DNA of 64,000 nucleotides from Azolla caroliniana (lineage: Eukaryota > Plantae > Polypodiophyta): contig JBHGNT010000009.1 in the NCBI GenBank assembly GCA_043228905.1, positions 16,802,001-16,866,000 on the forward strand, read 5' to 3'. Below, one piece after another: positions 49,933 to 64,000 of this stretch (the first letter of the stretch is position 1; every line of letters begins with the position of its first letter). The position numbers and the translations under genes were made by a program. The notes under the pieces are model-generated. The model made no database searches, was not told the origin of the DNA, and saw nothing but the letters and a program-made list of their open reading frames with translations.

Positions 49933-52271
49933 CTATGAACGAAAGATATAGCCGAGTGCAATCCCAATAAGAAAAATCACAATTACAAACAAGAACGAGA
50001 AGCCGGTTGCATTGGGTCGTTTTTTGGCTTGCGACATCTGTGATTTCAAACAAGAAATTCAGAGTATTTCTTCATTATATAGATGTAAAACTATTGTTTG
50101 TATTAATATCCTTCGGCTCATACTAAGATAGATTGATTGATGATAGATACCTAATCCTAAAAGACATAAATTTCTTACATATTCATATCACAATCATACT
50201 TAATTTCTACTGCAATCACTTACACATTCTAACTGCAGTTGTTGAGACTTTGTTATAGCGTCTTGCTTTTCCTCACGCAATTTGGCAAGTTGTGCCGTCA
50301 ACTGACCAAAAATTTTGGAGAAAAAATAAATAAGACATGGCTTTCTATTGCCCAAGAAACTCAAATTTAAATCAAAACTTAACCTCCGCAAGCTTCGTCT
50401 TCTGATCCTCCAAATCTCGTGCCTGTGTTTAAAAGCAAAACTTTGGTGAATAAGGACTTAAAAATTTACCTGATACATCTACAATAACTTTTTTGTTTTG
50501 TTTTATCCAATTTCTGTAACTTAAGAAATATTTTTTCGAGAAAAACAACTTCTTAGCAGATTTCTAGAACATTCTACAAAAGGTATGTATGTATTTCCTA
50601 TTCCACTTTTTCAACTTACCGAATCATATGCATTCTGATTGCTCGTGTGTGGTGAAGCTACCGATTCGGGTAACACTTCAGGTTGACGTTGAGGTGAAGG
50701 TGAAAACGGAAGTGCAGCTGTCGGTGGAGGTGGCAAGACATAAATGACCTTCAATTTCGCCTCATAAACCTCCTTTCCTGGTTGTTTATTGAACTACATA
50801 TGCAAGCATATAGAAATTCAAGGGTCAAAACTCAAAATACAACTCTTAAGAGCAGAGAAAAGAAAATTCAATAAAATGAGCTTCTATTAAATTTTGGAAA
50901 GTTGGAATATAGAAAAACAAATTGGGATGATGATAGATGCAAAAAATGAAATTGTGCAAAATCTTCAAATATATCAGACACAAGGACTTATCAATCTTGG
51001 CATTCATTAGGGAATCAACCACAGATCAGAAACAATCACCAGCTCTGGAGAGATTTCAGCCTCTTCAAAACCTTCTTCGGTCACCACACTCTGGACAAGG
51101 AACTTGTCTTTGCATTGCATGTCTGATGGAACTTCATGTTGCGCTTGCATAGTCACTGCAAAAAAATCAAATTTTATATTGAGGTTCAAAGATAATCCCA
51201 CTTCTTACAAAACATACAAATATAGATCTATTCAACAAACTTTGCATGCACTTGAACATTATAGCAACGCAATTTCTAAGATGTGATATCATATATGTAA
51301 AGAGCACATAGAATTGTGTAACACATTAACATGGATTTCTAAAAAATTCAAGACCCAAGGTTCCATAGATTTTTCACCTGTGACATCACAAGAAGCTCCA
51401 GGGGGAACAAGTCCAGTGTTAGGTCGAACACAATACTTCTTCGGAGCAGTGGTTTTGACCTATGATTCCAGATCAATGAGTAAGACCGATTGTTTTTCAA
51501 ACCCTTGTTTCCGCACAAAAGAACATAAAAATAATAATAATAAAGTAAAAGAAAATCCTAATTGTTTTGTCTTTCCTCTTGGAGACCAAATGAAGTTGTG
51601 TATAAAAAAGAAGACCTAACTAAGTGATCAAAGAGAATCACCAGCTGAAACCTGTGCAAAAATTAGATAACCCTAGCCTAAACCTACACAAAGCACGTGC
51701 ATTTAATACAACCATTTTGGACAAGTATTGATTTTCTGAATCAACTTAATTTATCCTTCAACCATATTGATTACATATACACATACATACCTTGAAAGCC
51801 ACGGAATCATCAGTCTTGTTCACGAGCTTCAATGAGCAAGACAATTGCTTCCCCACCTCAACTGGACGATCAGAAATGGAGAACAGATGACGACGGGAAC
51901 ACACACAAAAAAAAATGCGAAGAAGCTTAGAATTATCCCAGAGTTTCCCTTTATTCCCATGAATGGCTTTGGTCAACCCTGTCACAAGCGGTAGGATTCG
52001 TCCCCTTTTATTTCTCAGATATGTTGTGCTATTACAGCGATTCATCTTCCCTTATCCCTCTTTTTCGGAGGGTTGACCAAGGGCGTTCTGGGGGAGATAA
52101 CTGGGAACCGTTTCCCAGGGGCATTCGAGGAAATTAAGGGGAAACTGAGAGGCGGGCGAGAAAAGGAAAAAGGAAGGAATGATATGGAATTAGTAATAGG
52201 TAGTAGAGAGACTTACAAGTGAACTTGAGATCTCCCGGTTGAATGGACAGGAGCTCGGAACGCATCTTCAT
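49933..52271 (-). CDS. VAP27: VAMP-associated protein (VAP27/PVA family): MSP domain, coiled coil and C-terminal TM anchor, ~239 aa
   Basis: Exons 52271-52217, 51861-51791, 51459-51378, 51155-51040, 50793-50620, 50422-50384, 50301-50224 and 50037-49933, GT-AG and in frame. Motifs VAFKVKTTAPKKYCVRPN, DMQCKDKFLVQS and GFSFLFV..IGIALGY. Probable 5' UTR intron at about 52879-52440. Confidence 0.95.
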
Positions 52272-52664
52272 TTTCGATATTTTGTGGTTTCCTTCGCAGA
52301 GAAGAGTCGGTTTTTACAGGTGATGAATGATAATGATGGAATAGGAATAGGAATGGGAATGGAATTGTGCTACACAACGCTCAGCTATGGCGTGAGAAAC
52401 AGTCCCCAACGAGAATCGATTGAGATTCGGACATTCTCCCTGAAGGAAGCAACGAAAGGGAAGGAAAACAAAGAAGATCTGGAGGTCACAAAAAAATTAT
52501 ACCGAGACGGAAATCAAAGGTATTTTTTATAGGTAAGAGGTAAGAGGTAGAGAAGTTGAAGGTTTGAGGCATTGAATATCCATAGATGGACAGATCTGGA
52601 CCAGATCTTGAGAATGCACCACGTAACTTTCCGAAAAGAAAATTTTTAAAAAAAACATAGAGAG

Positions 52665-52699
<35 letters not shown>

Positions 52700-52974
52700 C
52701 ATGGCGGCTCAGAAGTCATTCCGAAGGAAAAGATGATGAGAAAGAAATAGGAAGGAGCAGAGAATGGGGTGGATCATGATCGCAAGAAATTTTGCTACAA
52801 AAAAAAAAAAAAAACATCGAGAGGAGAGAAGGAAATGAATATACAGACAGACAGACAGACAGACAGAGAGATCAGTTTACCTGGAGGCGGCGATCGTATG
52901 GCAGAAAGAAGAGAAGAAGAGAAATGGTGGTTGTGATTCTACAGCTGCTGCAGGTGTTGCCTTCTGGAAAGCGC

Positions 52975-53225
52975 TTCCTTCTTCTTCTTCTTCTTCTTCT
53001 TCTTCTTCTTCTTCTTTCTTCTCTTCTGTGTGTGTGTGTGTGTGTGTGTGTCTCTCTCTCTCTCTCTGTCTCACTCTCTCATTCTGTGGGGAGTGTATGT
53101 GTGTGTCTCTCTCTCTTCTCTCTCTCCTCTCTCTCCTCTCTCTCTCTCTCTCTCACTCTGTGGGGGTGGTGTGTGTGTCTCTCTCTCTCTCTTTTCTTTT
53201 GTGTGTGTGTGTGTGTGTGTGTTTC
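52975..53225. repeat. (CTT)n/(TG)n/(TC)n microsatellite cluster at the VAP 5' end
   Basis: Seen directly. Confidence 0.95.
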
Positions 53226-53271
53226 ATTTCTCATTATGGGGGGGGGGGTGGATCTCTCCAATGAATGAATG

Positions 53272-53604
53272 CATAGTACGTACCATACGTGCATTCGCTT
53301 TCGAGCATGGTAAACACCCTTCCCCGAGAATGGTAAATACCATACGTTTGGATCAACTATTTATTAGGAGGTAAATAAACCTAAAAAAAACTTTTTAAAA
53401 GGGGGGGGGGAAAAAACACACGAATGTTTGAATAACATTCGCATTCTTTTTCCAACGTATGAACCGAATGTTATGCTAGACGAACACGAATTTTACGTAC
53501 TATGAATGAATGAATAACATTCGTATTCGTTTTCCAACGTATGAAACGAATGTTATGCTAGACGAACATGAATTTTACGTACTATGAATGAATGAATGAA
53601 TGAA
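53272..53604. mobile_element. small MITE-like element in an (ATGA)n tract, with a duplicated right end
   Basis: Inverted ends CATAGTACGTA...TACGTACTATG. The ~82-bp right end occurs twice, each followed by (AATG)n. Confidence 0.55.
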
Positions 53605-56600
53605 TGGGCTTGACCTCATAACCGTGGCCGGCCGTCCACCCGCCCATCCGTGAGGGTCACTCCACTCCAATGTACTGTTTAATGCTACTAATGCATATGC
53701 CACAGTTCCAGAAAAGCCAGAGCCCCCCCCCCCATGAAGAATGGAACAAAAAAACAGAAACAAATGCTTCTTCTGCCAACATGTTCAATTTTTGAGACCC
53801 ACGAATGCTTTTGTTACTGCTTGGCTTGCCAACATAGGATTCGACGTGGAGTAAGACCAATGTGATGGTGGCAAGCATTGACAAGACTGCAACACGCTTA
53901 GTGTACTGTGAAATTGCAGTATTTGCAACAATCGAGAGTTTCAAATACCCGAGAGTCGATATAATCAAACGTAGCTGGAAAAAAAGAAGAGTGTCGGGAT
54001 ATGAGAAACGAGGTCGGCATGACACAATACTATGAACTTGAGAACAAGTCTATATATATTGTATATATATAGGAGATTCTCAAGCAAATAGTATTTTGAT
54101 GCACATATGGTTTCAGTTATGCTTTGTGGAAATGAGCTTTTGGGGGGGAGGGGGTGAAGCATTCTACAAAACTCATGGAATGAATTTTTACATGCCTTGC
54201 GTTTAGAAATCAAAAGAAGGGCAATCAAGTTTTATGACCTTTCAAAGAGTTTATGCCTACTAATTGAAAGTTAAGAACAATGCATCATAATCCCAAGGCC
54301 ATACAATAAATTAGAAGCTTTCCATATATATATTGTGGTGTCCCTTTGGCGCCTTAGAGACACCACAATATATATATACACATATACATACATACATACA
54401 TACATATGTATGTATGTATATCCCCCATTTGGGTGCTTAGTTCAATTGTGAGAGTAAATCATCTAGTAAAGAGGGTAAATTGTCGAGTTCAAGCCAAAGT
54501 GCCACTATGAGAGTAAACCATTAAAATTCCACTTGTTGATGATCCACTATGAAGTTATTGGACGTGTGAGCATTAACATTCCACGTGTTGGTGCATCATG
54601 ATGTGATTAATTTCTGATACTTCATGGTGAAATTCCTCCATAATAAAGACATACAGTTTACCATTGACGTTGAGAATCGAGATATGACATACTGCCAATA
54701 AGGAAGTCTATGATTGACTTTTGTTTCTATATGGTGGAAGTGAAATTCATTGATCTCCATTGAGTAATAGTTCTTCAAACAAAGTGAAATCGTTATTGCG
54801 ATCAAAGCATCCACAACAAGAGATTGAGTTCATGTCCTAATTGTAGTCGCGAACAAATCTCTAGTTGTATTTACATTGATTTCTCCTTCTATCCTTCGCT
54901 CAACAATTTCACAATAATTCATGTAAACAAAAGAAAAATTATTAAATCTCTACCTTTTGTATGGACGGTGCAAGTTATGCATTTATTTATTGTGTTGTCA
55001 TATTTAGTTATCCAAGTAAGAAAGATACGGAGGCATCAAAGTCATCTACCTTGATTCTAGGGAATTTATGCTAATTAACCCTTCTATTTCAGAAAATAAG
55101 CTTCTTAACTTTTGAAAACCATAGTTTTAGACATCCAAAGTTCTCACATTTATGAATTGTTTTACTAAGTCATAAATAACTTGGGGATGTTTAATGATGT
55201 CTATTGGTCTGAAGCAAGCTTCAAAGTAGATTGTAGCATACAAGAGCGCTCGAAGTAGAGATCATGAAAGGTTGTGTGCTATATAAAAGGCCTCTCCCCA
55301 ACATTATATAGATCCGCACACATACACTCATATATATATTCAATAAAAGATGGTAAAACTATTGTGTGCATGAACAATCTTCTTATTCTAAGGATAAAGT
55401 TTGGTCGTGATTCTTATTTAAGCAACCAACATTGGTTACTATATGGAAGCGTAAACTCAAATCCATGGCATGATGTTCCAACATAATGATAATAATAATA
55501 ATACACATACATACACACAACCCTAAACTATTGTTTTTGGGCTTTTTATGAGTATAGATTAATATATTCAAGATCCATTCAATAAGCATGGCAAGGGGAA
55601 ACACGTCCATACTATGCATTTATGTGGATTGTGTCTATCCATATAAGGGTTTGAGCAATCTCTCTTTCCTCATGGTCGAATGTAAATTCAAGAGGACGAA
55701 ATGGGACTATCCTTTGATGATATTCTACAGATGGCAATGGATGTTACAATTGGAAGCAAGGAACCTAAGGGTGTATAACAAGAAGAGTTATGAATTGGCA
55801 TCATCGAGATAGAATTGGAGGGCTCCTTGTCCCCATTTTAATTGAGATATTGTGTTCATATCATCTGAAGATGTGATTTCTAAACCTCAGAAGTTGAACT
55901 ATATGCTAGAAAGTATGGTGGCTCCATGTTGTTTCATTGTGATGTTTCTCCAAAATTTAAAACTAAGCTAAAACCGTGCACTCAAGATTTATTTTTGTTT
56001 GATTTTTAGGGCATGCCCTAAAAGACTATGCCACTTTTTTGGAAGAAGAAGAAGAAGAAGACTATGCCACTAGGTGGTATATTTATTTTTGTCGGTGAAA
56101 AATAAGCCATTGTAATCTCCTTATGGAGAAATCCATGTAATCATTTCAATCATTTATGAATTTGCTTCTCCTCCTCTTATTGAGGGATTCCTTCTCTCTC
56201 TTTTTGTATAATATAAGTACAATATTCCCTTCAATTTTTCTTTGCATACTCTTAATGTTTGGTGGACAAGGAACCCACTTTCTCCACCTCACTCTCAAGG
56301 GTGAAGAAACACACAAAGGCCATTCTCTTCTTTGAGCAAGCATGCAAGAAATAACAATTACTGAACATGTTCAACATCAATTCAATTTGTGTGCTACAAA
56401 AAGAACATGGCTCACCTTGAATGAAATTATTATTATATCTCTATTATGACTAGTTGCTACCAACTTACAACTTTGTACTAAGGATATTCCCGAAATCAAC
56501 CCCTTGGTACATCAAACGTATTGGTTTACATTTTCCTCGAAACTCTTGTAATTGTTTATAATAACCAAAATCCAGACCCACAATTTGCCACCTCTTGCAA

Positions 56601-56700
56601 CCTAGATAAGAAGACTATTGAGATTGAAAAGCTTGGTTTGAAAAGGTTAGTGTAAATGCCATGTTGTCAAGATGAAATTTTAGTCGTATATTTAAAACTT

Positions 56701-57866
56701 TTTTTTTTGTTTTTTTTTCCAAAAAAAAACTCATTCCATTAGTTAAATTTTTTTACAGATGAGATTAATATATACAAATCCTAGTAGGGACGCGATAGGT
56801 CCATCTTATGTGGATGCCCACCGACTCAATAAAGGGGGAGGTCGACCATTGATCGATGAAGGCTAGTCGTTGTCTTTCAACTCCATCGGAGTCGCCCTTG
56901 AGGCCATCATATTGGCTTTTTAGTGTGGCTACAACTTCACTCCATATCTCTTGCATTAACACTATTGGTTGCACGGTTTGGTTGGAGAAGACCTGTCTAC
57001 ACCGTTGTTTCCATAGAGTCCAAAGAGTTATTGGGCTAACCAATTCCAACACAACTTGAGATTTGGCATTGATAGGAGTTGAGTGGACATTGTCGATGGT
57101 GGAGAAAAAAACCTCTTTTGCTTTTATCACCAAAACCATCCCCTCCTCCTGATGCTCGTATCTATCAAGTGGAGAGGGGCCTACCATGATAGCCAACATA
57201 TATTTCCCCACTTGATTAAGCCTTGCACCTGGCATAATTGCAATAAGCGGCCAACCCCCTGCCATATTCAATGGGACTTTGGGCAGTCCCACAAAAGTGT
57301 GTCGGATTGATTTTATTGCATTTGGGCACGCTACACAATTAGGAGAGCTAAGGTTCCCACGGTGCCATGCACCAACCGGTAGTGACCTATGTATTAATAG
57401 CCATTGGAAAGTGGTGATTCGCCGTGCGTGTTGTTGTTTCCAAATTTTTTTCCAAAACTTGGTGATAATTGTGTGAGGAACATGATATGTGTGCTAGACC
57501 TTGGCAGCAACCAGCTCTCGGGCGGTTTGAGCAGCTAGAATATGGCGACCCAATCTAGTTGTGAATTGAAAAAAAGGGATGGGTTTGCTTCCTTGCCCTG
57601 CGTAAGGATCATGCCATGTCCATTGCAAAGGGTCCCAACTAACCTTATGTAGCCATGTGTTTTCGTGAGTACATATGTGCCAATCTGGTTGTACTTTGAT
57701 AGGATCAGGATCTACAATCCATTTATGCCTAGTATACGCTAGTACTCGAATTGCCTTATTCTGCGTTGGTGTCTCTTTGCCTTGCAATTCAGAGCTTGCG
57801 ATCCTGTCAGGTGTTTCCCTACCTCTGGGGATCAAAGAGCCCTACTCCTTGTAGCACCCTAAACCA
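56701..57866 (-). mobile_element. 5'-truncated L1 insertion
   Basis: zf-RVT region and LWTLWKQRC..VF, an A-tail, and a 14-bp TSD TATATTTAAAACTT (56687-56700 / 57867-57880). Confidence 0.9.
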
Positions 57867-59749
57867 TATATTTAAAACTTGAAAAAACAATGGGACATGT
57901 TGTGAAAATAGTTAAGCCATTTGAGCTGATTCTCTTTATTTTGATGTTTTACTTTTTCCATATCACTAGCTATGATATAATTACTTCATTGTGTATTCTC
58001 TATCTTCATGCTTTGTCAATACATTTGCAAACAACAAGTCTCTAAACATGATTCAGTGTTGTTATGCACACAATGTATTGTTTACTTTGACATGTATTTG
58101 TAAATCATTAGTGAGTTTAATAATGATTTGTGATAATCGAGGGTAGTGTCTTTGTAAATGGGTTGTGACAACCTTTTTTTTTACTACCCTACCTTCATTA
58201 GCAATCTTCTAATACTACTTTTGAGGTATCACTGGTGGGGTTGGAAGATACGTTTCACTTTTCATAAATTCTTTGGTCGATCTCTTTAACATAGATCCAC
58301 CTCACCTTAAGTAATAAAACTAATAGAGATCAAACCCAATGCAACTACTCTCCATGATAATGTTGCCATACAATTGTAATACTAAATTATGTGCACCCCC
58401 AAACACACCGATGTGTTTGCTAAGTTTGCATAGGGCATACATGGTAGGGAAAATATCAATTCTACCTTCGCTCGAAAAGGCTTAATGATAATCTCATGAC
58501 GATGAGTCAAATTCTCCCTCATCTAGGCAATGGGATGAAACAAGTAATGCTTAAACATTAAACTGCATCAATCACATTACATTTTTTTATCAAATGTAGG
58601 GTTAAAATTTTTCAATAGCAATGGAAGTACTTTTGAGATTACCCTTAAAAGTGAGTGAGCAACATTTTTTTTGTATTTCTCCTACAATCTACGTGGCAAC
58701 ATTGATTGCTCACTTGATGCCTCACAATAGTTTTTTTTTATGGCAAGGGTCATCTACAACCTTTAATATGCCTCATTACATTGTTGTTCTTATGGGCAAT
58801 GTCATTGATGCTTCTTGTATCCTAGTACTTAAAGATTACTATTTTTTGCGTCAATCTGGGCAACCTATAACAATGACCTCTCTTTGAGTATTGCACCTAG
58901 GGTAATTCCCAACCTCTAAAAAATATTCAATGTCTTTCCTTACTTTCTTCTTGTTATTCAATTTGATCTAATATTTCTATATTTTCCAACACTATTTGGA
59001 TCTCCCCTTCTTGTGCACTATATCTACCTCTCTAAATGTTGAGACATTCAATACTTTTATCTCAACATCTACCTTCACTGCTCTCTTTGTTATGCATGAT
59101 CTTTGCACTAACTATTCATGTTCAACAACAAATATCAATTACTTTAGTGTTACTATGACAAGGGAAAATATCACTAGTCTATAGCAAAAAGTAATATAGC
59201 AAAAGTGTTTGCGATCAACATTTGTTGAGAGAATTTCTTCATTTTTAGTGGCATCTTTACTCCTCAACGTATCACCTTTTGAAGTGTGTTGTGAACATGT
59301 CAACATGTATTGCATTTATGGTGGGACTTGAATTGCATCTTTGCAAATGAATATTTGTGATCGAGCACATTATGATTCTGAACCGTGGCCTTGGAAATCG
59401 ATATATGTAAAAAATAACTCACATTGAGTATTCAATAAACAATATTTCACATTTATTTTATGGCATTTAACTTGGTCATATATTGATTATTTAATCTTTT
59501 TGGGGTGGAAAGTTCTTTGGAGCAATGTTCATGGCCAGTCAAGGCCTAAATTTGACGGGTTAGTATTAACGTTATTTGATGGGCATTTTTTAAAGATGTA
59601 TGTCATATGATCACAGATTGACATATTCACATTCATGGGGGGGTTTCCCATTCGAATGCAAATGAACACGTATACAAATCATGGTCAAGTATTCGTTTTT
59701 TTTTTAAAAGAAAAAAGAGAGTACATGACTTCCCTCCTTTTTAGTTTCC

Positions 59750-60345
59750 TATGTAATGATTGAGGTTTCATGCGATGCTATGCATTATGTAATGATTGAG
59801 GAAAGGTTGGTGGAATCGTTGAGGATGAAGTGGGAAGGTACAAAGAGGACAAAGCTAAAATACGACATTGCAAATATCAACTTTGAATGTTGGTCTCAAT
59901 ATAAAGCAAGAATGCATGTTGATCGTATCCAAACTTATCTCATTACCAATATGAGCAGTAATGCTCGTAGAGCCCTTGCACTACTTCGCACTCGATCTCA
60001 CAAGTTAGGTATTGAAGTTGCATCATGGTATCAAAATGTAATGAAATTGAAGACATGTAAATGATCAATGTCACTTGCTCTTCACATGCTTGACATATAG
60101 TGTAATTCGTTCAAGATATGCTGACATACTAAGAGGGAGTGATAACTTAAGTGTAATACTTAAGACACCTGTCACCACCTAGAAGGTTGAGCTCATATGT
60201 GTTTGCTTTATTCACACATAGAGACTTTGTGCTTCAATATATGAATACCCCTTGTTGGGAAGGAGACACATATAAAGAACACATGTATACTTTGGTCCCA
60301 TAGGTCAAAATTGGCCTCTTTATGGACGATAAAAATTCTAATTCC
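59750..60345 (+). mobile_element. RTE-X-like LINE 3' fragment
   Basis: ALLRTRSHKLGIE motif and a 3' GGTCAAAATTGGCC hairpin, as in the 7204-9512 element. Confidence 0.75.
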
Positions 60346-60359
60346 TATGATATAAAAAA

Positions 60360-60810
60360 GGGGACAATAAAAGAGGGACTTGACACTAATAAATTTTTAT
60401 AATAAATGTAAAAATATTTGTTTTATTTTTAATAAATAAATAAAATAAAATAAAGGTTCATTAATTCTTCACTTTTTATTCTCCCAAAATTTACGAATAT
60501 TTCTTATCTGACATTAAAAATGGGCCTTCACACTAATCATATTTTTATAATAATGGTTTATAAACTCCACCTTTCTTTATTTGACACTATAAAGGAGAGT
60601 TAATACTAATTATATTTGTATAATCTATTAATGAATGATTGTTCTTTTTTTAGTGAATTAAAAAAAAGTAAATTAAAAAATAAATAAAAATAAAATAATT
60701 TTTTTATATATTTATTTTGCAAAACGAATGTAAATAGACAAATTAATTGGAAATTTTAGGGGCATTATGGTAAATAGACGAACTTCTAGGGGTATCCTGG
60801 TACTTTTCCC
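60360..60810. mobile_element. AT-rich Mutator-like MITE remnant
   Basis: Right end TAGGGGTATCCTGGTACTTTTCCC resembles a MULE TIR. A related motif occurs at 49381-49400. Confidence 0.45.
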
Positions 60811-63800
60811 TTTATAATATGCTTGGGGCCATTTCGTATTCTCGAATATTACGAATATCGCGCATGTGTCGTGTCAATCTATGCATATGACATAAGATTG
60901 TAAAAACTAACATGTCATTTGACACACAAATTTTAAAAATGAAAAGCATAGTAATATGACCTAGTGCTCACCTTTTCTATACTAACCTCAAAATTTTTAA
61001 TAAAGCATAGTAGTACGTTTTTGGAGTTGTATATATCATATCGATCCCTCTAAGGTTAGTCCATGTGGATCTTAATGTTTGAACTTTATTGTATTTTGTT
61101 TGCTAACTAATGTGAAGTAGTGTTTTTTTTGGAAAAAAAGAGTATGAAAAAAAATTTGTTTGCTAAACAATTTAGTTAATTTTTTTTTAGTTCTAACATA
61201 GAACTTAAACATTAAAATCAAACCTAGAGTCTACAATCTTAGAGTATTTAATAAAGGTTATTGTTTAAAATTTAAATAAAAATTCAACTAATATTATTAG
61301 TAAAGAATACATATTATAATTACATGATATTATTTTAAGCGTGTTATAAAAAAACATATAATATATTATTATACACACTTCATAGTACATACATATATTT
61401 ATATGACAATATGTGGGATATATATAATATATGTATATGACATTGAAAAAATGAAAAAATGTAGAATTTTAGCATGTCGTTTGACATATATAATTTTTAG
61501 GGACCTTTCACATGAAAACAAAAATTTTAACTTTATATGTACTTGATGGACATTTTCATTAGGAGTATGTTTTTTTACGAGTATGACACCCGTCAAAATT
61601 TTGCCCTACATGGTCTCATATTTCAATTATAAAGAGATTTTACAAACAAAACATCTTACTACATTCCCCAAGACAAAACCACAACCTTAATGTTGCAATT
61701 ACCACAACAAAGTAATCATCAAATGGGCCTTACAATATGTATATCTTTACCATGTTTTCTAACAATGTGGGATATAAAATATGAGTCAACATATGGTTGA
61801 GTGTCGATGAAGAGTAAACTTAATCGCAAATGGTGAGATACTTAGCACATTCTCTTGACCATCAAGTTTGTCCACGCAACTTGCTTGCCGACAGATTAAC
61901 AAATCAAAATAATGTAAAGTCTCTTAAATGCATTAAGCTAATATTGTGTGAATTAGAACAATGACTTTTTTGCAATAACTATTCCAAAGATACGAGAAAG
62001 TTTTGGTACCATGGGTATGATTGATATTACTCTTTATTTTTATTCATTGTCAAAGTGATCACATTGGGCATAACACTACACATCCCTCGTAAAAAAGCAA
62101 ATGGTTTATCCTTTACCATATAGTTAACAAAGCTGTTGGTCACACTAATCATGCTCATTTTAATGATTCTTGCATATAATTGGCATCTTGAACCTCATCA
62201 TTCTCGTTTGGTGTTTGGTACTCCAAGGTTGTTTTGGGGGGTTTTAAACCATAGAGAATCCATGGGAACGAAAAATTGGCCACTTTATAGTAGATTAGAT
62301 TTTTTGGAGCACTTTGATGATGTGCATTTGTGCTTCCATTTTTTATCGTATGCATTAAGTTATCCCTCTTATTTTTGTCCAATTATCCTTTGAATGAGCA
62401 TAGGTATGGTGTAAGTATTAAGAGCTCATGTTGTTATCAAGATTAACAATGCTGTTTCATATGTGTTGATTCCATTTTAGTTAAAGAATATGCTCCATTT
62501 CCAAATTAATGGAAAATGTTAGAATTTTTGTTTGTTGATTGAATTTGGATTCCGCTAGAGAGATTTAAAGAGCATCCTACAAAAGGAGATGCCATGATTT
62601 GAACAAAAAAGACAAGCTTGAAAATGTATGTTTGTGTCTACACTACGTCTTATAACATTTTCAAGATATGGAGAGAGACATCTTAACTATACGCACTTCT
62701 GTAAACTACTAAAAATAGACAAGAAAAGGGCATCCCAATGAAAACAAATAAAACACTAGATTTGCATCACTTTAAATATACTCCTCTTGGGTTTTTAGAG
62801 ACCCATGATGTATTTAAAATTTAAACTAGTTGATGTATGATCACATGGAACGTATACGATACGATAGACATGAACATGAAAGATAGTGTAAATAAAGTTC
62901 ATAAAGTATAAAGTGATGCAAATTTATGACAAATTAATATTAACTTTAATGTGATCTCTAGTGTTTATGGGAAGTTTTTTTGTGTTCGTGCCAATGATGC
63001 AACAATGGGGTTCAATTCATTAAATATGCTCGCTCTTGAAAATTTGAGGTTCATAATGTGTATACCTTACAATTGGATCTTATGTTTATGATTAATGCTC
63101 TTTGTTGAATGAGGCCCATACTACCATGAATGATGTTGGGCATGTGTTTTTAATGAATGCATTGTGACATAAAAGCAAATGGACTCTATAATAGCAATAT
63201 TCACAATGTTATTAGAAATTTGAAAGTGGGAGGATTCATATCATGTTCATCTCAATGTTGAACCAATGAGTTTTTTCACTTTGTGATTGCGAAACGTCTT
63301 TGGAATTTTAGATGCACAAGGTTATAATAGGGGTGGGAAAAATATAGTTATTAATATTGGTCCAAGACTAGATGAATGAAGAGAGAATGGACGTGCTCAA
63401 TGATGTTCTTGAGTCAAACCAAACTTGTATGGTTTGTTGTATGGACTCGTAAACTAATGCTTTTGAGATTTACATTCAAGCATATAAACCTCATCATGTG
63501 TTTTCAAAATTGATCGACAAAAACTAATCAAGTAGTTGAACATTATCCATTTCACTCCCATGTGCATTCACACTTGCACGATTATCAAGGGGAAATGTTC
63601 CAAGGAGGACTTTAATTTACACATCATTAGATTATGCTGTTTGAATAATTCGTTTCTATAAATAATTCCTTCATTAAATGATTAGATTCTTTACACATAC
63701 CTTTACGATCATACATTTGTAATGTTTGAATAGATGTAAATGTGAATGTCATTTATTTGACAGGATCGTTATAAAGAATGACAATGAATACCAAGATGCC

Positions 63801-64000
63801 TTGTTTATTTAAGTTGTGAAGAATAACAAGTCAAAGTGCAATGCAAATGATGTAAAGACTCCAAGAAAAAGACATCGAGATATCCTAATGTATACAATTG
63901 GAAAAATAACTTAATGGTGGTGTAGTGAGTGGGTAATGAACCTTTGCCAATGGCTTCTTGGTAGTACCTTTTCCATTAACACTTTGAAAAGACATTTCCA

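Noticed and set aside
52792-53374. hydrophobic ORFs at the VAP 5' end
   Set aside because: They are translations of microsatellites.
58200-64000. possible LINE ORF1 or Harbinger remnants (e.g. NVFGIL near 63295)
   Set aside because: Too degraded to support by eye.

Overview
Repeat-rich eukaryotic nuclear DNA from a land plant. The TE repertoire and gene style suggest a non-seed plant such as a fern (inference). There are two intact host genes: a zeta-class glutathione transferase (+, 8 exons, 10124-13526) and a VAP/VAMP-associated MSP-domain protein (-, 8 coding exons, 49933-52271). The rest is mostly nested, decayed TEs: Ty1/copia, Ty3/gypsy, L1 and RTE-X-like LINEs, MITEs and two Sola-like DDD transposons. 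The main finding is a cleanly bounded 9.8-kb Sola1-like transposon (33990-43781; 34-bp TIRs, TTGG target duplication, inserted in an L1). Divergent from its transposase it carries a spliced gene for a ParB/Srx-like domain fused to a bacterial-type beta-class N6A/N4C DNA methyltransferase. The first intron of that gene holds seven phased 37-bp palindromes. The second finding is an LTR element (2991-5826) whose 5' LTR is a fold-back palindrome, with the loop orientation expected from self-priming of strong-stop DNA. All family calls come from motif recognition by eye; no searches were run.
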